NCBI GenBank assembly: GCA_021828445.1
Contig: JAJZJD010000001.1
Location: 1 to 57,449 of the forward strand
Direction of reading: 5' to 3'
DNA from: a bacterium
GTDB lineage: Bacteria; SZUA-79; Acidulodesulfobacterales; Acidulodesulfobacteraceae
Length of the DNA stretch: 57,449 nucleotides
The notes below the pieces were generated by a model. The model did not search any database. It was not told the DNA's origin and saw only the letters and a program-made list of their open reading frames with translations. Both the position numbers and the translations under genes were made by a program. Below, piece by piece: positions 47,771 to 57,449 of the stretch. Position 1 is the first letter of the stretch. Every line of letters starts with the position of its first letter.

Positions 47771-48079
47771 ATGGAAAAATTAAAAAATATTCATCCGGGC
47801 GAAGTTCTTGCAAGGGAATTCTTAGAACCTATGCATATATCGGCATATAAGTTGTCAAAGGAAACCGGTCTTTCTCAAACAAGATTAAGCCAGATAATTG
47901 CAGGGAAAAGAAGCGTTACTGCCGAAACTGCGTTAAAACTCGGTAAATTTTTCAATATTCCGGCTGAATTCTGGATGAATTTGCAGACGCTTTACGATAT
48001 TGAAGAAAGTCTTAAGCTGCACGATAAAGAATTAAAATTAATTACTCCTTATAGCAGTCTTAATAATGAAGTTGCTTAA
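47771..48079 (+). CDS. higA: type II antitoxin HigA (XRE HTH)
   Basis: HPGEVLAREFLEPMHISAYKLSKETGLSQTRLSQIIAGKRSVTAETALKLGKFF. Confidence 0.85.
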   Translation: MEKLKNIHPGEVLAREFLEPMHISAYKLSKETGLSQTRLSQIIAGKRSVTAETALKLGKFFNIPAEFWMNLQTLYDIEESLKLHDKELKLITPYSSLNNEVA

Positions 48080-48170
48080 AGCGATGAGTGGAAAATGGAA
48101 AAGTCGGCAATATTTCTATAGCACTTTAAATTCTTACAAAATAATCTTTATAGGTTAATGTCTTTAAAGC

Positions 48171-48257
48171 CTTATTTACTGCGGTTTTAATTGGTTGCGG
48201 GAGCAGGATTAGCTATGCTGGACTTCGTCCGAACCTGCGACCTTTGGGTTATGAGCC
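48171..48257 (-). repeat. degenerate duplicate of the 3' half of tRNA-fMet plus 21 nt of its 3' flank (distal att remnant), interrupted by a 19-nt insertion
   Basis: 48171-48210 and 48230-48257 align to 52284-52350 with 3 substitutions. 48211-48229 (AGCTATGCTGGACTTCGTC) is extra. Confidence 0.8.
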
Positions 48258-48377
48258 ATAAAACCTGCATTATAAGCTATTAATATTATTATGTTTTTAA
48301 AGAGATTTAATTTTAGTATAGTAAATATATAGTAAAACGCGGTATTATGTTAAATTATAAAATTAAAGGCGCCAGAC

Positions 48378-48749
48378 TTATTTAATATCTTTAATCATTT
48401 TTTCAATCGTTTTTGCCAGACGGGGAATTTCTATATCGCATACCTGAAACACGGCCTCGGCATCTATGTCAAAATACTGATGGCTAATAATATTTCTCAT
48501 ACCTATAGCTTTTTTCCATTCAATTTCGGAATATTTTTTAAAAAGCTCGCCTTCCGTGATTTTATCAAGTTTCTTGAGTGATTCGCCTATTGCTATAAGC
48601 GGCATACAGATAGAATCCAATTTTTCCATGCCTGCCGGCGAATCGGTAAAGTCTGAAACATTCTTGACGGGTTCAAACCGGAATAAAATTGTTTCCGTTA
48701 ATTTATGAATCTGGATTAATGTTTCAAGAAGCAGCTCTTTATCATACAT
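48378..48749 (-). CDS. hepT: HepT-like (DUF86) toxin
   Basis: R-x4-H-x-Y motif in GMRNIISHQYFDID. About 120 aa. Overlaps the upstream MNT gene by 8 nt. Confidence 0.8.
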   Translation of the reverse strand: MYDKELLLETLIQIHKLTETILFRFEPVKNVSDFTDSPAGMEKLDSICMPLIAIGESLKKLDKITEGELFKKYSEIEWKKAIGMRNIISHQYFDIDAEAVFQVCDIEIPRLAKTIEKMIKDIK

Positions 48750-49050
48750 ATATGGCTTCCTTATCTATTCGTTTTTTTAAAAAACTGTTCATATTTTCGC
48801 GGTATCTGATTATATCGACAGGCATGTCGAATATCTCTTCCAGGTCAAGCTTAATTCCCGACATTACAAATAAATCCGGCGTCTTTAATTTTATTACCAC
48901 GTCTATGTCGCTGTCCGGTTTTATTTCCTGCCTTGCTGCCGAACCGAATATGCCTAAATCTATAAGCCCTAAATCTTTTTCGTGCTCGTTTTTATATTTT
49001 TTAAGCGTATCTATTATCTTACTTTGATTTAATTTATTTTTCACAGGCAT
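48742..49050 (-). CDS. mntA: MNT-type nucleotidyltransferase antitoxin
   Basis: GIFGSAARQEIKPDSDIDVVI (G-S-x-x-R-G-like plus DxD). The ATG at 49050 follows GGGGTG, and the longer ORF-track start (49107) would overlap the next gene. Confidence 0.8.
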   Translation of the reverse strand: MPVKNKLNQSKIIDTLKKYKNEHEKDLGLIDLGIFGSAARQEIKPDSDIDVVIKLKTPDLFVMSGIKLDLEEIFDMPVDIIRYRENMNSFLKKRIDKEAIYV

Positions 49051-49069
49051 ATTTTTCACCCCGTCTTTT

Positions 49070-49795
49070 TTATTTATTATAGCATATATTTTTATTATAA
49101 TTTTCAAACTCGTGCATAGCTAAACCGATTGCAAAAAATTGAAGATTTTCGCTGAATTTTTCCTGGTCTATTTCCTGATTGGTTTCTAATAATATTTTTA
49201 TAAAATCGTTTGGGTCAAGATAGGTTAGAAATTCATTTGCATATTGAATTATTTTTACAGCATTAGAAAAAGTTGCGGCTATATGGTGTTTTTCATATAG
49301 TTTTCTTAAAATATCCTTTTGTTCCTCGGTCATTTTAATTTTTGTTCTAAAATCGGTTTTAATTTCAACTTTGTGCCTTTTTAATATTTTTCTCATGCCC
49401 GATATATCAAGTCCTGCGCCGGAGCCGTCCCAATCTAAGGCGGAAATAAGAGTTTTTTTTACGCCTGCGCTAAGAAGGCTTATTATATCTTCGGTAAGAT
49501 TGATATCCTCGTGTTTTACCTTACGATTTTCAAAAATTTTATTAGGGTTTAACCCTGCGAGCTTTGCAAATTGCATTACTCTTGCAAGACCGTAAGATTT
49601 AGGAAAATTACAGATATGTTCCATTAGGTCAGGGGCTATCATGTAATCGTTGTAAGATGCAGGTTTTTTTGGAGCTTCAATTCCGTCCAAAATTCTATTA
49701 AGCCTCATTTTGGATATTCCGTAGTGCTTTATTATATTTGCTTTCTTTAATCCCGCCCTATAACAAGCAATTATATCGTCTTCATTAGCCAGCAT
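49070..49795 (-). CDS. hypothetical protein with N-terminal HTH-like segment
   Basis: 241-aa ORF. IIACYRAGLKKANIIKHYGISKMRLNRIL resembles a small HTH. No recombinase motifs. Confidence 0.4.
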   Translation of the reverse strand: MLANEDDIIACYRAGLKKANIIKHYGISKMRLNRILDGIEAPKKPASYNDYMIAPDLMEHICNFPKSYGLARVMQFAKLAGLNPNKIFENRKVKHEDINLTEDIISLLSAGVKKTLISALDWDGSGAGLDISGMRKILKRHKVEIKTDFRTKIKMTEEQKDILRKLYEKHHIAATFSNAVKIIQYANEFLTYLDPNDFIKILLETNQEIDQEKFSENLQFFAIGLAMHEFENYNKNICYNK

Positions 49796-49913
49796 ATATG
49801 CTCCATTAAAATCACATAAACATAAATAATTATATCAAATTTTTTTTAAAAAAATAAAAAGGTATCGAATGTCCTCCTGTTTTTTAAAAAAGATATCATA
49901 AAATATTTTTATT

Positions 49914-50123
49914 ATGAAAGAAAAAGAATTTACCGAAAAACAAATTAACGGACTTTTAACAATGCGGCAAGCCGGAAAATATCTCGGAGTATGCTATAGA
50001 ACAATACAGAGGCTAGTATATGAGCGGAAAATAGGATTTGTAAAAATGTATTCTGAATACAGGTTTAGAATTGAGGACTTAGAGAAATTCGTTGAGAAAA
50101 ATTACATCAAACCGGTGAAATAA
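49914..50123 (+). CDS. excisionase-family (MerR-like) DNA-binding protein
   Basis: LLTMRQAGKYLGVCYRTIQRLVYERKIGFVKMYSEYRFRIEDLEKFV follows the excisionase-family HTH pattern. Confidence 0.65.
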   Translation: MKEKEFTEKQINGLLTMRQAGKYLGVCYRTIQRLVYERKIGFVKMYSEYRFRIEDLEKFVEKNYIKPVK

Positions 50124-50177
50124 TTTTTCAATAAAGAATATAGAAATAATAAAAACTGTAAAAATGGAGGTAAAATT

Positions 50178-50609
50178 ATGGAAGTTAGAGAAAAAACAAA
50201 TATTAAACTTTTTTTGGGAGACGAAACGGAGAATTATTATATATTGTCAAATTGTAGCGTTTTCGATTACGGTAATCCTGACCCCGATATCGAACCGGAC
50301 GGGTATAGTTATATACTGCCCAAACGAAAGTCTTGTTTTAAGTTTAAAGGTCAGGACCAAGAACTGCTCGTTTTCGTAGAAAGAGTAGATGTACAGAGAA
50401 AACAGGTTTACGTTTCTCAAACTCATTGGCTATTTATGCGAAACGTAATAGAAAATAGGCTCGGGTTGCACGTTAAGATAATTAAACGATATCCTGGCAA
50501 AGTTACCGTAGCGAGTCTTAGGATGCCTGAACAAAAAGTAAATAAAATAGCATTGAAAACTTTAGCCGAAGAAATGCAAGAAAAAATCTATATAAAACCC
50601 GCAAAATAA
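50178..50609 (+). CDS. hypothetical protein
   Basis: 143-aa ORF preceded by GGAGG (50167-50171). No recognisable domain. Confidence 0.4.
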   Translation: MEVREKTNIKLFLGDETENYYILSNCSVFDYGNPDPDIEPDGYSYILPKRKSCFKFKGQDQELLVFVERVDVQRKQVYVSQTHWLFMRNVIENRLGLHVKIIKRYPGKVTVASLRMPEQKVNKIALKTLAEEMQEKIYIKPAK

Positions 50610-50778
50610 AGCGCACTATGCGACAAACTATTTAAACGAATGCCGGTAATAACGCTTCTATAAACCCCCTGCGGTCAAGCTGGCATCAGCTTGCGGGTTC
50701 GGGCGATATAAACGCATGCCGTTTATGCCGATATAATGCCCTTAGATTGTTTTCTTCACCGTAGTTTGATCTGTCTAA

Positions 50779-51426
50779 AACTTTTATATAGCAAAGGCAC
50801 AATGCATTTTAAGCGAAGATTTCAGAACAGAATCGCTCACAGATGAAGACTTAGTAAAAATTGCTCCTGCAGGTTTTGTGCATCTTGAATTAATCGGTAA
50901 TGTCACTTATTTAGCAGCGGTTGCTGAAGATACGGTATTTGACGATGAAGTATGTGCAAAACGCATTGCGACTCGTATTTCAGATTTTAAGAAACAGTAT
51001 GAACTCCCGACAGCACTTTCAAATGCCGTTGATTTAGTGGGGTATTTAAATATGGTGCGTGAAAATAATACGTCAATAACCGCCTCTTATCTTAACTCAA
51101 GTAGCTATGCCGATTTGACAGACATAACTGCAGCAGATCGGGCGATCACAAAATTACGGCAGAAGAGCGGCCCATGGATAGATGCATCTCTTCGCTTTCC
51201 TATAGATTCCACTTGCAACGGCATTATCATAAAAAGGAGTGACAGGTTTGGACTTCTTGTTGAGATTGAAAAAGATGTTGCGGGTATCCTACATAAATCT
51301 AAACTCCCACTCGACTATTTGTCCGATGACTTGTTTTTAGTTGGCAAGTCCATTGTGGTAAAAATTCTATATTTCGACCCTATTAATATGAAATTGCATC
51401 TTGAATGTGCGCAAAATTCCCTTTGA
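50779..51426 (+). pseudogene. 5'-truncated gene ending in an S1-like RNA-binding domain
   Basis: The frame is open from 50779 with no ATG, and the ORF track begins at GTG 50878. The C-terminus GIIIKRSDRFGLLVEIEKDVAGILHKSKL...VGKSIVVKILYFDPINMKLHLE looks like an S1/OB fold. Confidence 0.4.
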
Positions 51427-51451
51427 TAGCACCTTGATAGAAGAAAGCTGT

Positions 51452-51772
51452 TTAGGCTACCTTGAGGCATCCCCTGCGGCACGACTTTTTGGAAAAAGAA
51501 ATCATAATGCCGGTGTTAAGTGATTGAGCCAGTTTTAAGAGAGTCTCCAGCGTAAGATTGCTTTCCCCTCTTTCTATCTGAGAAATAAATTGCTGGGAAA
51601 CATTCATTCTTTCCGCAAGTTCGGATTGAGTTAGATTATGCTCATCTCTCGTTTCGGCTATCTTCTGGGCAAGGGCGACTTTAACCCTTTCAAGCTCATA
51701 AATTCCTCTGAATTCTGGATTTTTCAGTTTTTCATTAAGATGTTTTTCCGCTTTTTCTAATCTATTTTTCAT
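51452..51772 (-). CDS. XRE-family HTH antitoxin
   Basis: LAQKIAETRDEHNLTQSELAERMNVSQQFISQIERGESNLTLETLLKLAQSL. Overlaps the upstream toxin gene by 11 nt. Confidence 0.8.
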   Translation of the reverse strand: MKNRLEKAEKHLNEKLKNPEFRGIYELERVKVALAQKIAETRDEHNLTQSELAERMNVSQQFISQIERGESNLTLETLLKLAQSLNTGIMISFSKKSCRRGCLKVA

Positions 51773-52121
51773 CGTATTCCTCTTTAAGCATATTCATCCT
51801 GTATTTTTCTATGTATTTTTTTCTTTTAAGAGATAACGCAATATCTTTTTCCGGTATCTCGTTCGTCTTCTTCTTTATGGCATGGACGAAGACAACACTT
51901 TCTTTTAAAAAAAAGAAGTAAAACAACCTGTTCGACTTTGGACGAAGCTCGTAAATCCCGTCTTTCACGTAATCGGCCAATGGGCGCCGGAGATTATGTC
52001 CCTGTTTCCCCAGCTCGTCAATATATGCAAACACTTTTGCCTGTTCGTCTAAGGATAGTCCATCTATAAATTCCCTGACAGGGGAGCGTCCCCTTTCATC
52101 TACAAAATACCAAATATCCAT
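51762..52121 (-). CDS. Gp49-like (DUF891) RelE/HigB-superfamily toxin
   Basis: SPVREFIDGLSLDEQAKVFAYIDELGKQGHNLRRPLADYVKDGIYELRPKSNRLFYFFF is typical of Gp49-type toxins. Confidence 0.75.
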   Translation of the reverse strand: MDIWYFVDERGRSPVREFIDGLSLDEQAKVFAYIDELGKQGHNLRRPLADYVKDGIYELRPKSNRLFYFFFLKESVVFVHAIKKKTNEIPEKDIALSLKRKKYIEKYRMNMLKEEYDEK

Positions 52122-52143
52122 CGGCTTCCTACATAATAAGTTT

Positions 52144-52159
52144 ACAAGTTATAACTTGT
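52144..52159. promoter_or_regulatory. perfect 16-bp palindrome ACAAGTTATAACTTGT inside the promoter spacer of the Gp49/XRE TA operon (candidate autoregulatory operator)
   Basis: The minus strand reads TTGACA-acACAAGTTATAACTTGtaaact. The palindrome lies between the -35-like and -10-like hexamers. Confidence 0.5.
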
Positions 52160-52304
52160 GTTGTCAAGAAATATTTTTACTACAGGGTAGGGCTATTTCA
52201 TCTTCCGCACATCGTTAACAGGGTTTTTAAATATTTATACATTTCTTTGCATACCGGCGTCAAGAGGGAAATATAAGGAAATGCTTATTTACCGCGGTTT
52301 TCAT

Positions 52305-52381
<77 letters not shown>

Positions 52382-52563
52382 ATATTTTATTAGCAGAATA
52401 ATCATTATATAATTTATTTAGCCGGATTGCAAGTTTATTTATGGTTTATTTATCGGCAATTTAGAAATATATCTGCTTAATCTGCTAATATGGCTTGATT
52501 TATCTATGTTATTTTATTTATTTTATTGATGAGTTGAGTACATAATATGATATATTATATATT

Positions 52564-53913
52564 ATGTATCATGGAAGCCATATAATAATAACGGCGATAA
52601 TTTTGCTTTCTATAGCGTCGGCAGGAGGAATTTTAACGAGATATTTTAAAATTCCTTATGCTTCTATGCTTGTTATTATAGGGCTTTTTGTAGGGATATT
52701 TCACATTTTTCCAAGTTTAAAGATCACTCCTTATCTTATATATTATGTTTTTTTACCGGTTGTTATTTTTGAAGGCGCCGTCGGAATTAAACTGCGTCCG
52801 CTAATTTCTAACGCACTTCCTATAGGCGCATTATCTATTTTTGGAACTATAATTTCCGCTATATTTACAGGCACTATTTTTCATTTTGTTTTGGATTTTC
52901 CGTTAAAACAATCTTTAATTTTCGGCGCTATAATAACCCCTACGGATCCTATAACTATACTATCTATGCTGAAAAACGGCGCAATGAAATATAAAAACGA
53001 AAAAGAAAATATAAAAAATAAAGAAAATAAAGAAGACATAGAGACTCTTCTTGCCGGCGAAAGTCTTTTTAACGACGGGATAAGCCTTGTTCTATACGAG
53101 GTTTTCTTAAACCTGAATCTTCATAAGGCTGCCCATATTTTTTCGGACGGTATGCGCTTTAGTTTAAGCTCCCTGCATAGTTCTTTATATCATTTGTATA
53201 ATATGTTTTATTATATTTTAGGAATAATACAGTCTTCAACGGTTCAATTTTTATACGAATCTATCGGAGGGTCGATATTAGGAATAATTCTTGGGTATTT
53301 AGTATCGCTTGTTTTATCGCTTGCGACGGATTTTTTAACCGAAATTATGATTTCTCTGCTGCTTGCTTATGCGTCTTTGATTGCGGCATATTATCTGCAT
53401 ATGTCGTTTATAATGGCGGTAATTTTTAGCGGAATAACGCTTGCGAATTACGGTTTTAAGAATAAAGTGACGGGCAGGACGCTTGAAGTTTTTCCGATAG
53501 TGGTGGAATATATAACTTTTATAATAAATTCTATTTTATTTTTGATAATAGGAATTGAGATAAATCTTTTTAAAATTTTCGATATATGGCTTATATCTCT
53601 GTTTATAATAGCCCTCGTACTTTTTTCGCGTTTTCTGGGAGTTTATATCATTTCGCCGATAGTCAATTTAATAAAAAACAGATTTAAAATATTTTCAAGC
53701 GGATTGACTTTAAATAAACGGTATAAACGTTTTTTGGTTTTCGGGGGATTAAAAGGCGCACTGCCTATTGCGATGGCGTTATCTCTGCCTTTAAATATGC
53801 ATTTAAGGAATGAAATTATCACTTATGTTTTTATAGCAGTTCTGTTTTCATTGACTATTCAGGCTATATCTTTTGACATTTTTATGAAAAAAGGCTATAA
53901 AAATAGTATATAA
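52564..53913 (+). CDS. Na+/H+ antiporter (CPA1/NhaP-type)
   Basis: Polytopic membrane protein. IITPTDPITILSML and LAGESLFNDGISLVLYEVF are CPA1 signature segments. Confidence 0.8.
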   Translation: MYHGSHIIITAIILLSIASAGGILTRYFKIPYASMLVIIGLFVGIFHIFPSLKITPYLIYYVFLPVVIFEGAVGIKLRPLISNALPIGALSIFGTIISAIFTGTIFHFVLDFPLKQSLIFGAIITPTDPITILSMLKNGAMKYKNEKENIKNKENKEDIETLLAGESLFNDGISLVLYEVFLNLNLHKAAHIFSDGMRFSLSSLHSSLYHLYNMFYYILGIIQSSTVQFLYESIGGSILGIILGYLVSLVLSLATDFLTEIMISLLLAYASLIAAYYLHMSFIMAVIFSGITLANYGFKNKVTGRTLEVFPIVVEYITFIINSILFLIIGIEINLFKIFDIWLISLFIIALVLFSRFLGVYIISPIVNLIKNRFKIFSSGLTLNKRYKRFLVFGGLKGALPIAMALSLPLNMHLRNEIITYVFIAVLFSLTIQAISFDIFMKKGYKNSI

Positions 53914-54045
53914 TATATATTTAGATAGCCGATTTTAAATAAAAAGATAAATCTTTACAATATTTAATAAGTAATAATGTAATAGTTAAAAATTTAATCA
54001 ATTATAGATTTAATTAATTATAATTCAAGGAGGTCGAATTTATAA

Positions 54046-54909
54046 ATGAATTATTTTAAGACTTTTCTTTTAATGCTGGTTTTAACGGGAATATTAATCG
54101 TTGCCGGCGGAGCTATCGGCGGGGAGCAGGGAATGGTGATAGCTTTAATATTTGCCGCCGTAATGAATCTCGGAACATACTGGTTCAGCGACAAAGTAGT
54201 TTTATCTATGTATCATGCAACTCCGGTTACGGAAGCCGAATACCCTGAACTTTATTCCATAGTAAGAAATCTTGCGGCGAGAGGCAATATTCCAATGCCT
54301 AAAGTTTATATAGTGGACGAAGAAACGCCTAACGCTTTTGCGACCGGCAGAAATCCAAACCATGCCGCCGTATGCGTCACGACCGGTATTATGAAAATTT
54401 TAAATGCAAACGAACTTTCAGGAGTTATAGGGCATGAGCTTACGCATGTAAAAAACAGGGATATTCTTATAAGCTCTATAGCCGCCACCGTTGCCGGCGC
54501 AATAAGCATGCTTGCATGGATGGCGGAATGGGGGGCTATGTTCGGCGGTTTTGGCGGAAGAAGCGACGACAGGGAAGGAAATATTGTCGGTATAATCGCT
54601 ATGGCTATAATAGCTCCGCTTATAGCCACCATGATACAGCTTGCTATATCGAGACAGCGGGAATATGCGGCGGATAAAGGCGGCGCGATGCTGAGCGGAA
54701 ATCCTATGTATCTTGCAAGTGCTTTAAATAAATTGGAAGCCGGAAACGAGGAAGAACCTATGCAGGCTAATCAGATGACTCATGCAACCGCCCATATGTT
54801 TATAGTCAACCCTTTACGCGGAGGTGTATTTAAGAGCTTGTTCAGCACCCATCCTTCTACGGAAGACAGGATAGAAAGACTTAAAGAGATGGCGGGAGGC
54901 GGCATATAG
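54046..54909 (+). CDS. htpX: M48-family zinc metalloprotease HtpX
   Basis: [10 protein letters not shown] (HExxH), [29 protein letters not shown], four TM segments. Confidence 0.9.
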   Translation: MNYFKTFLLMLVLTGILIVAGGAIGGEQGMVIALIFAAVMNLGTYWFSDKVVLSMYHATPVTEAEYPELYSIVRNLAARGNIPMPKVYIVDEETPNAFATGRNPNHAAVCVTTGIMKILNANELSGVIGHELTHVKNRDILISSIAATVAGAISMLAWMAEWGAMFGGFGGRSDDREGNIVGIIAMAIIAPLIATMIQLAISRQREYAADKGGAMLSGNPMYLASALNKLEAGNEEEPMQANQMTHATAHMFIVNPLRGGVFKSLFSTHPSTEDRIERLKEMAGGGI

Positions 54910-55044
54910 TAATAAAATGCTTAATAATAAATTGTAATAAATTATAAATTGATAATTCATAAAAATTAAAATAAAATAAATTAAAATAAAACCAAGCAAA
55001 ATAGCAATTAAAAAAAATCAAAAAACGAACGGGAGAAAATTATA

Positions 55045-55473
55045 ATGACTCTGCACGAAAAAATAAAGGCTGATTATCTAAACGCCAGAAAAAGCAACGA
55101 TAATTCCAAAAAAAATATTTTAACGATGGTTTTAAGCGATGCGCTAAAACTAACTAAGGAAAAAAATCACGGCGATACCGTAAGCGACGACGATATGACT
55201 AAGATTATAAAATCATGGATAAAAAAAACCGACCAGTCTATAGAAATTTTAACGGCTAATAAAAAAGATATTTCGGAACTGTCGGCGGAAAAAGAGATAC
55301 TTTTATCTTATATTCCAAAAACGTGGTCTTTTGATGAGACTAAAGCTTATATAGAAAAAATTTCCAAAGAAAAAAACACTAAAGAAATCGGACAAATAAT
55401 GAAAGAATTAAAAACTAATTATAACGGCTTATTCGATAATAAAATTGCTTCGGAGATAATAAAAGGTTTATAA
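55045..55473 (+). CDS. GatB/YqeY domain protein
   Basis: IKADYLNARKSNDNSKKNILTMVLSD...IGQIMKELK pattern and a size of about 140 aa. Confidence 0.7.
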   Translation: MTLHEKIKADYLNARKSNDNSKKNILTMVLSDALKLTKEKNHGDTVSDDDMTKIIKSWIKKTDQSIEILTANKKDISELSAEKEILLSYIPKTWSFDETKAYIEKISKEKNTKEIGQIMKELKTNYNGLFDNKIASEIIKGL

Positions 55474-55542
55474 TTTTAATATTAAATATTAATAATGAAG
55501 AATCGGCAAAATTTAAAAAAAATGAAGAAAGGAGGACGTAAA

Positions 55543-56331
55543 ATGATTAAAAAATTTAATATTTCTAATCTTTTGTTGTCGTTTTTTATAATTTTAAGCT
55601 TAGCTTATTTTGTTTTTTCAGGTATTCCCGTAAAAAAAGTTTATGCCTCAGGAATGCTCGGACTTGAAGTTAAAGGCGGCGCATACTTTCAAAACCTTAC
55701 GGGGCATTTAGCCGTCGGAAACGGCGGAAACGTCATAACCCCTTCTCTTTTAGGACTGCAAACGACAAAGACGGAGCCCATGTTAAAAGTAGCTTTTTAT
55801 GTATTATACGACAACAGAATTTCTTTTACATACGTGCCGTATTTATACAGCGGTTCTACGACTTTATCGCAGAACGTTTATTTTAACGGTCAGAACTACA
55901 GTATAAATACTCCGGTAACTTCCAAAATTAATCTATACAGTTACAAAATGTTTTATGATCATAATTTCGAGATAAACAGATATGCTTCCGTCGGGCTTGG
56001 TATCGGAGTGGACGTTATTACGGCTAAAGCTGAATTGGATTCGCCGTATGTTTCGGATACTAAAAACGTCAGTCTGCCTATTCCTATAATCGGAGGAAGA
56101 ATAAAAATAACGCCGATAAACGATTTTTCTTTCATAGGTAAAATTCAAGGGTTGTCGGTAGGTTCAGACGGATATTATTATCATATTAATGCAGGTGTCA
56201 ACTATAAAGCGGTAGGCCCTCTTTCTATTTTTGCGGATTACATTTACGACAAAGTGCACGTGGACACAAACAATGTTGACGGCAGTTTAGAATTCGACGG
56301 GCCGGAAGCCGGCGTCAGGCTGAGATTTTAA
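55543..56331 (+). CDS. putative outer-membrane beta-barrel protein
   Basis: ATG at 55543 after AAAGGAGG. Signal peptide ending VYA-SG, alternating hydrophobic strands and a terminal GVRLRF. Confidence 0.5.
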   Translation: MIKKFNISNLLLSFFIILSLAYFVFSGIPVKKVYASGMLGLEVKGGAYFQNLTGHLAVGNGGNVITPSLLGLQTTKTEPMLKVAFYVLYDNRISFTYVPYLYSGSTTLSQNVYFNGQNYSINTPVTSKINLYSYKMFYDHNFEINRYASVGLGIGVDVITAKAELDSPYVSDTKNVSLPIPIIGGRIKITPINDFSFIGKIQGLSVGSDGYYYHINAGVNYKAVGPLSIFADYIYDKVHVDTNNVDGSLEFDGPEAGVRLRF

Positions 56332-56367
56332 AAGGCTGAGACGGAATATTATATAATAATATTCGTT

Positions 56368-57318
56368 TTATTTTTTATTAAAAGCGGATAAAATATTTTC
56401 AATAAACGCAGGCGTAAATTTATAAGATTCAAGATAAATTTGCGCCTGCGATTTTTTATCGCCTATGACGCAATTGATATTTTTTACGTTTATATTTATG
56501 TTTTTATTTAAATTATGCGATTCGTTTAAACCGTTCCCGCCGCAATCGGCATCGGTAATTTGATAATCCGGTAAGAACATAGTCTCATCGGTTATATCGT
56601 CCCCCATGTTTACCCTTAAGATATTAAACCCCCTCTTAACTTTAATTTCTCTTTTTATTATTATTTTTTTTAAAAACTCTTTTAAAATATAATCGCATGC
56701 CCGTCCTTTATTCCAATCTATCTTCGGCCTTATTTCAATAATTTTTTTACCCCTTGTAATATGCAGATATTTTTTAAAATCAGGATCTTCCGAAAATAAA
56801 TTTTTAACGTATTTTTTTAAAATTTTGGTTTCATCGGAATTTAACATCCTGTAATGCATGCTTATAGAAAATTTTTTATCCTCTATTATCAAATTTTGCA
56901 ATTCCGTTTTGCGAAATTTATCAATATAACTTAATGCCTGATTAATAAATATTATATATTTTTCGGTATTTTCGACGATAAAATCGATTTGAAAACCGTC
57001 GTAATAGCTTTTTATTTCAAAACCGTGGTTTCCCGAATAAATTATGCCGTCCAAAATGCCGAGCCTGTTTTCAATGTCGCTTAATGCGCGGCCCGTAATT
57101 ATACATACCTTTACACCTTCTATACCGCTTAAATTTTTTAAAAATTTTTTAAGCGTTAACGGAGCATAAACGTCCAAAGGGCTTTTGCGTATTCTCACTA
57201 AAGTTCCGTCAAAATCTAAGCAGAAAAATATAAAATCGGGATGATAAACTTTATTATCGGGAGAAATTAATATATTCGTTTTTATTTCGTTAAATTCCGT
57301 AATTCCGTTTAAATGCAT
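56368..57318 (-). CDS. otsB: trehalose-6-phosphate phosphatase (HAD superfamily)
   Basis: FCLDFDGTL (HAD motif I), ITGRA, GNHGFE, GDDITDETMF. Confidence 0.7.
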   Translation of the reverse strand: MHLNGITEFNEIKTNILISPDNKVYHPDFIFFCLDFDGTLVRIRKSPLDVYAPLTLKKFLKNLSGIEGVKVCIITGRALSDIENRLGILDGIIYSGNHGFEIKSYYDGFQIDFIVENTEKYIIFINQALSYIDKFRKTELQNLIIEDKKFSISMHYRMLNSDETKILKKYVKNLFSEDPDFKKYLHITRGKKIIEIRPKIDWNKGRACDYILKEFLKKIIIKREIKVKRGFNILRVNMGDDITDETMFLPDYQITDADCGGNGLNESHNLNKNININVKNINCVIGDKKSQAQIYLESYKFTPAFIENILSAFNKK

Positions 57319-57449
57319 AATATATTATTATATCATTTCATAAAAAATAATGAAATATTGCAAAAACAATAAAAATATTGTAAAATATTATAAAAATATA
57401 ATTAATTAATTATATTTTTTATTAAATCTTTAATAAATTTATAAATTTT

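Noticed and set aside
49070-49795. The 241-aa islet ORF as the missing integrase or recombinase.
   Set aside because: It has no tyrosine-recombinase R..HxxR..Y pattern and no serine-recombinase catalytic motif, only a short HTH-like N-terminus.
50164-50379. 71-aa ORF overlapping the start of the 143-aa islet ORF in another frame.
   Set aside because: The longer ORF in the alternative frame (50178-50609) uses the same GGAGG with better spacing. The short one has a hydrophobic junk-like translation.

Overview
AT-rich chromosomal window from a nitrogen-fixing bacterium that appears to have an outer membrane (predicted beta-barrel proteins ending in Phe, plus System II cytochrome c maturation genes). 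I cannot assign a taxon. All calls rest on reading the supplied ORF translations and the DNA by eye; nothing was searched or folded computationally.

Layout:
- 1-6.9 kb: housekeeping genes (glnD 3' part, M24 peptidase, efp, accB, accC, gcvH, lipoate ligase family).
- 7.1-10.6 kb: a porin-glnK-amtB unit behind a sigma-54-type promoter.
- 10.7-12.5 kb: an orphan GspE/PilB ATPase.
- 12.7-18.3 kb: a vWA / Zn-ribbon / FHA / pseudokinase-PP2C / Ser-Thr kinase signalling cluster. The kinase carries an extracytoplasmic CXXCH cytochrome c domain.
- 18.9-22.6 kb: DUF1015, ccsA, ccsB.
- 22.7-27.9 kb: CIRCE-hrcA-grpE-dnaK-dnaJ.
- 31.6-44.3 kb: a complete Mo-type nif cluster in a non-canonical order. nifV is divergent, followed by nifH-nifB-methyltransferase-ferredoxin-nifD-nifK-nifE-nifN-nifX-(REC-ANTAR regulator)-nifI1-nifI2.
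- 44.3-47.4 kb: a LysR-controlled small accessory operon.
- 47.5-52.4 kb: higBA, then a roughly 4 kb integrase-less island inserted at the initiator tRNA-Met gene. The island carries two more toxin-antitoxin pairs.
- 52.5-57.3 kb: housekeeping genes (NhaP, htpX, yqeY, an OMP, otsB).

Most interesting observations:
1. The roughly 250-nt nifH leader sits behind a near-consensus sigma-54 promoter. It contains two tandem hexaloop hairpins whose second arm is mutually exclusive with a long intrinsic terminator, which is the ANTAR target architecture. A REC-ANTAR response regulator is encoded inside the same cluster.
2. Two further sigma-54-type promoters sit with identical geometry 13 nt in front of SD-less ATG codons (nifV and the ANTAR regulator), implying near-leaderless mRNAs.
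3. The kinase/phosphatase/vWA/FHA cluster contains a kinase-cytochrome c fusion.
4. A class I methyltransferase and a palindromic repeat element are embedded in the nif operon.
5. A 37-nt near-identical repeat lies next to two nitrogen-regulated loci.
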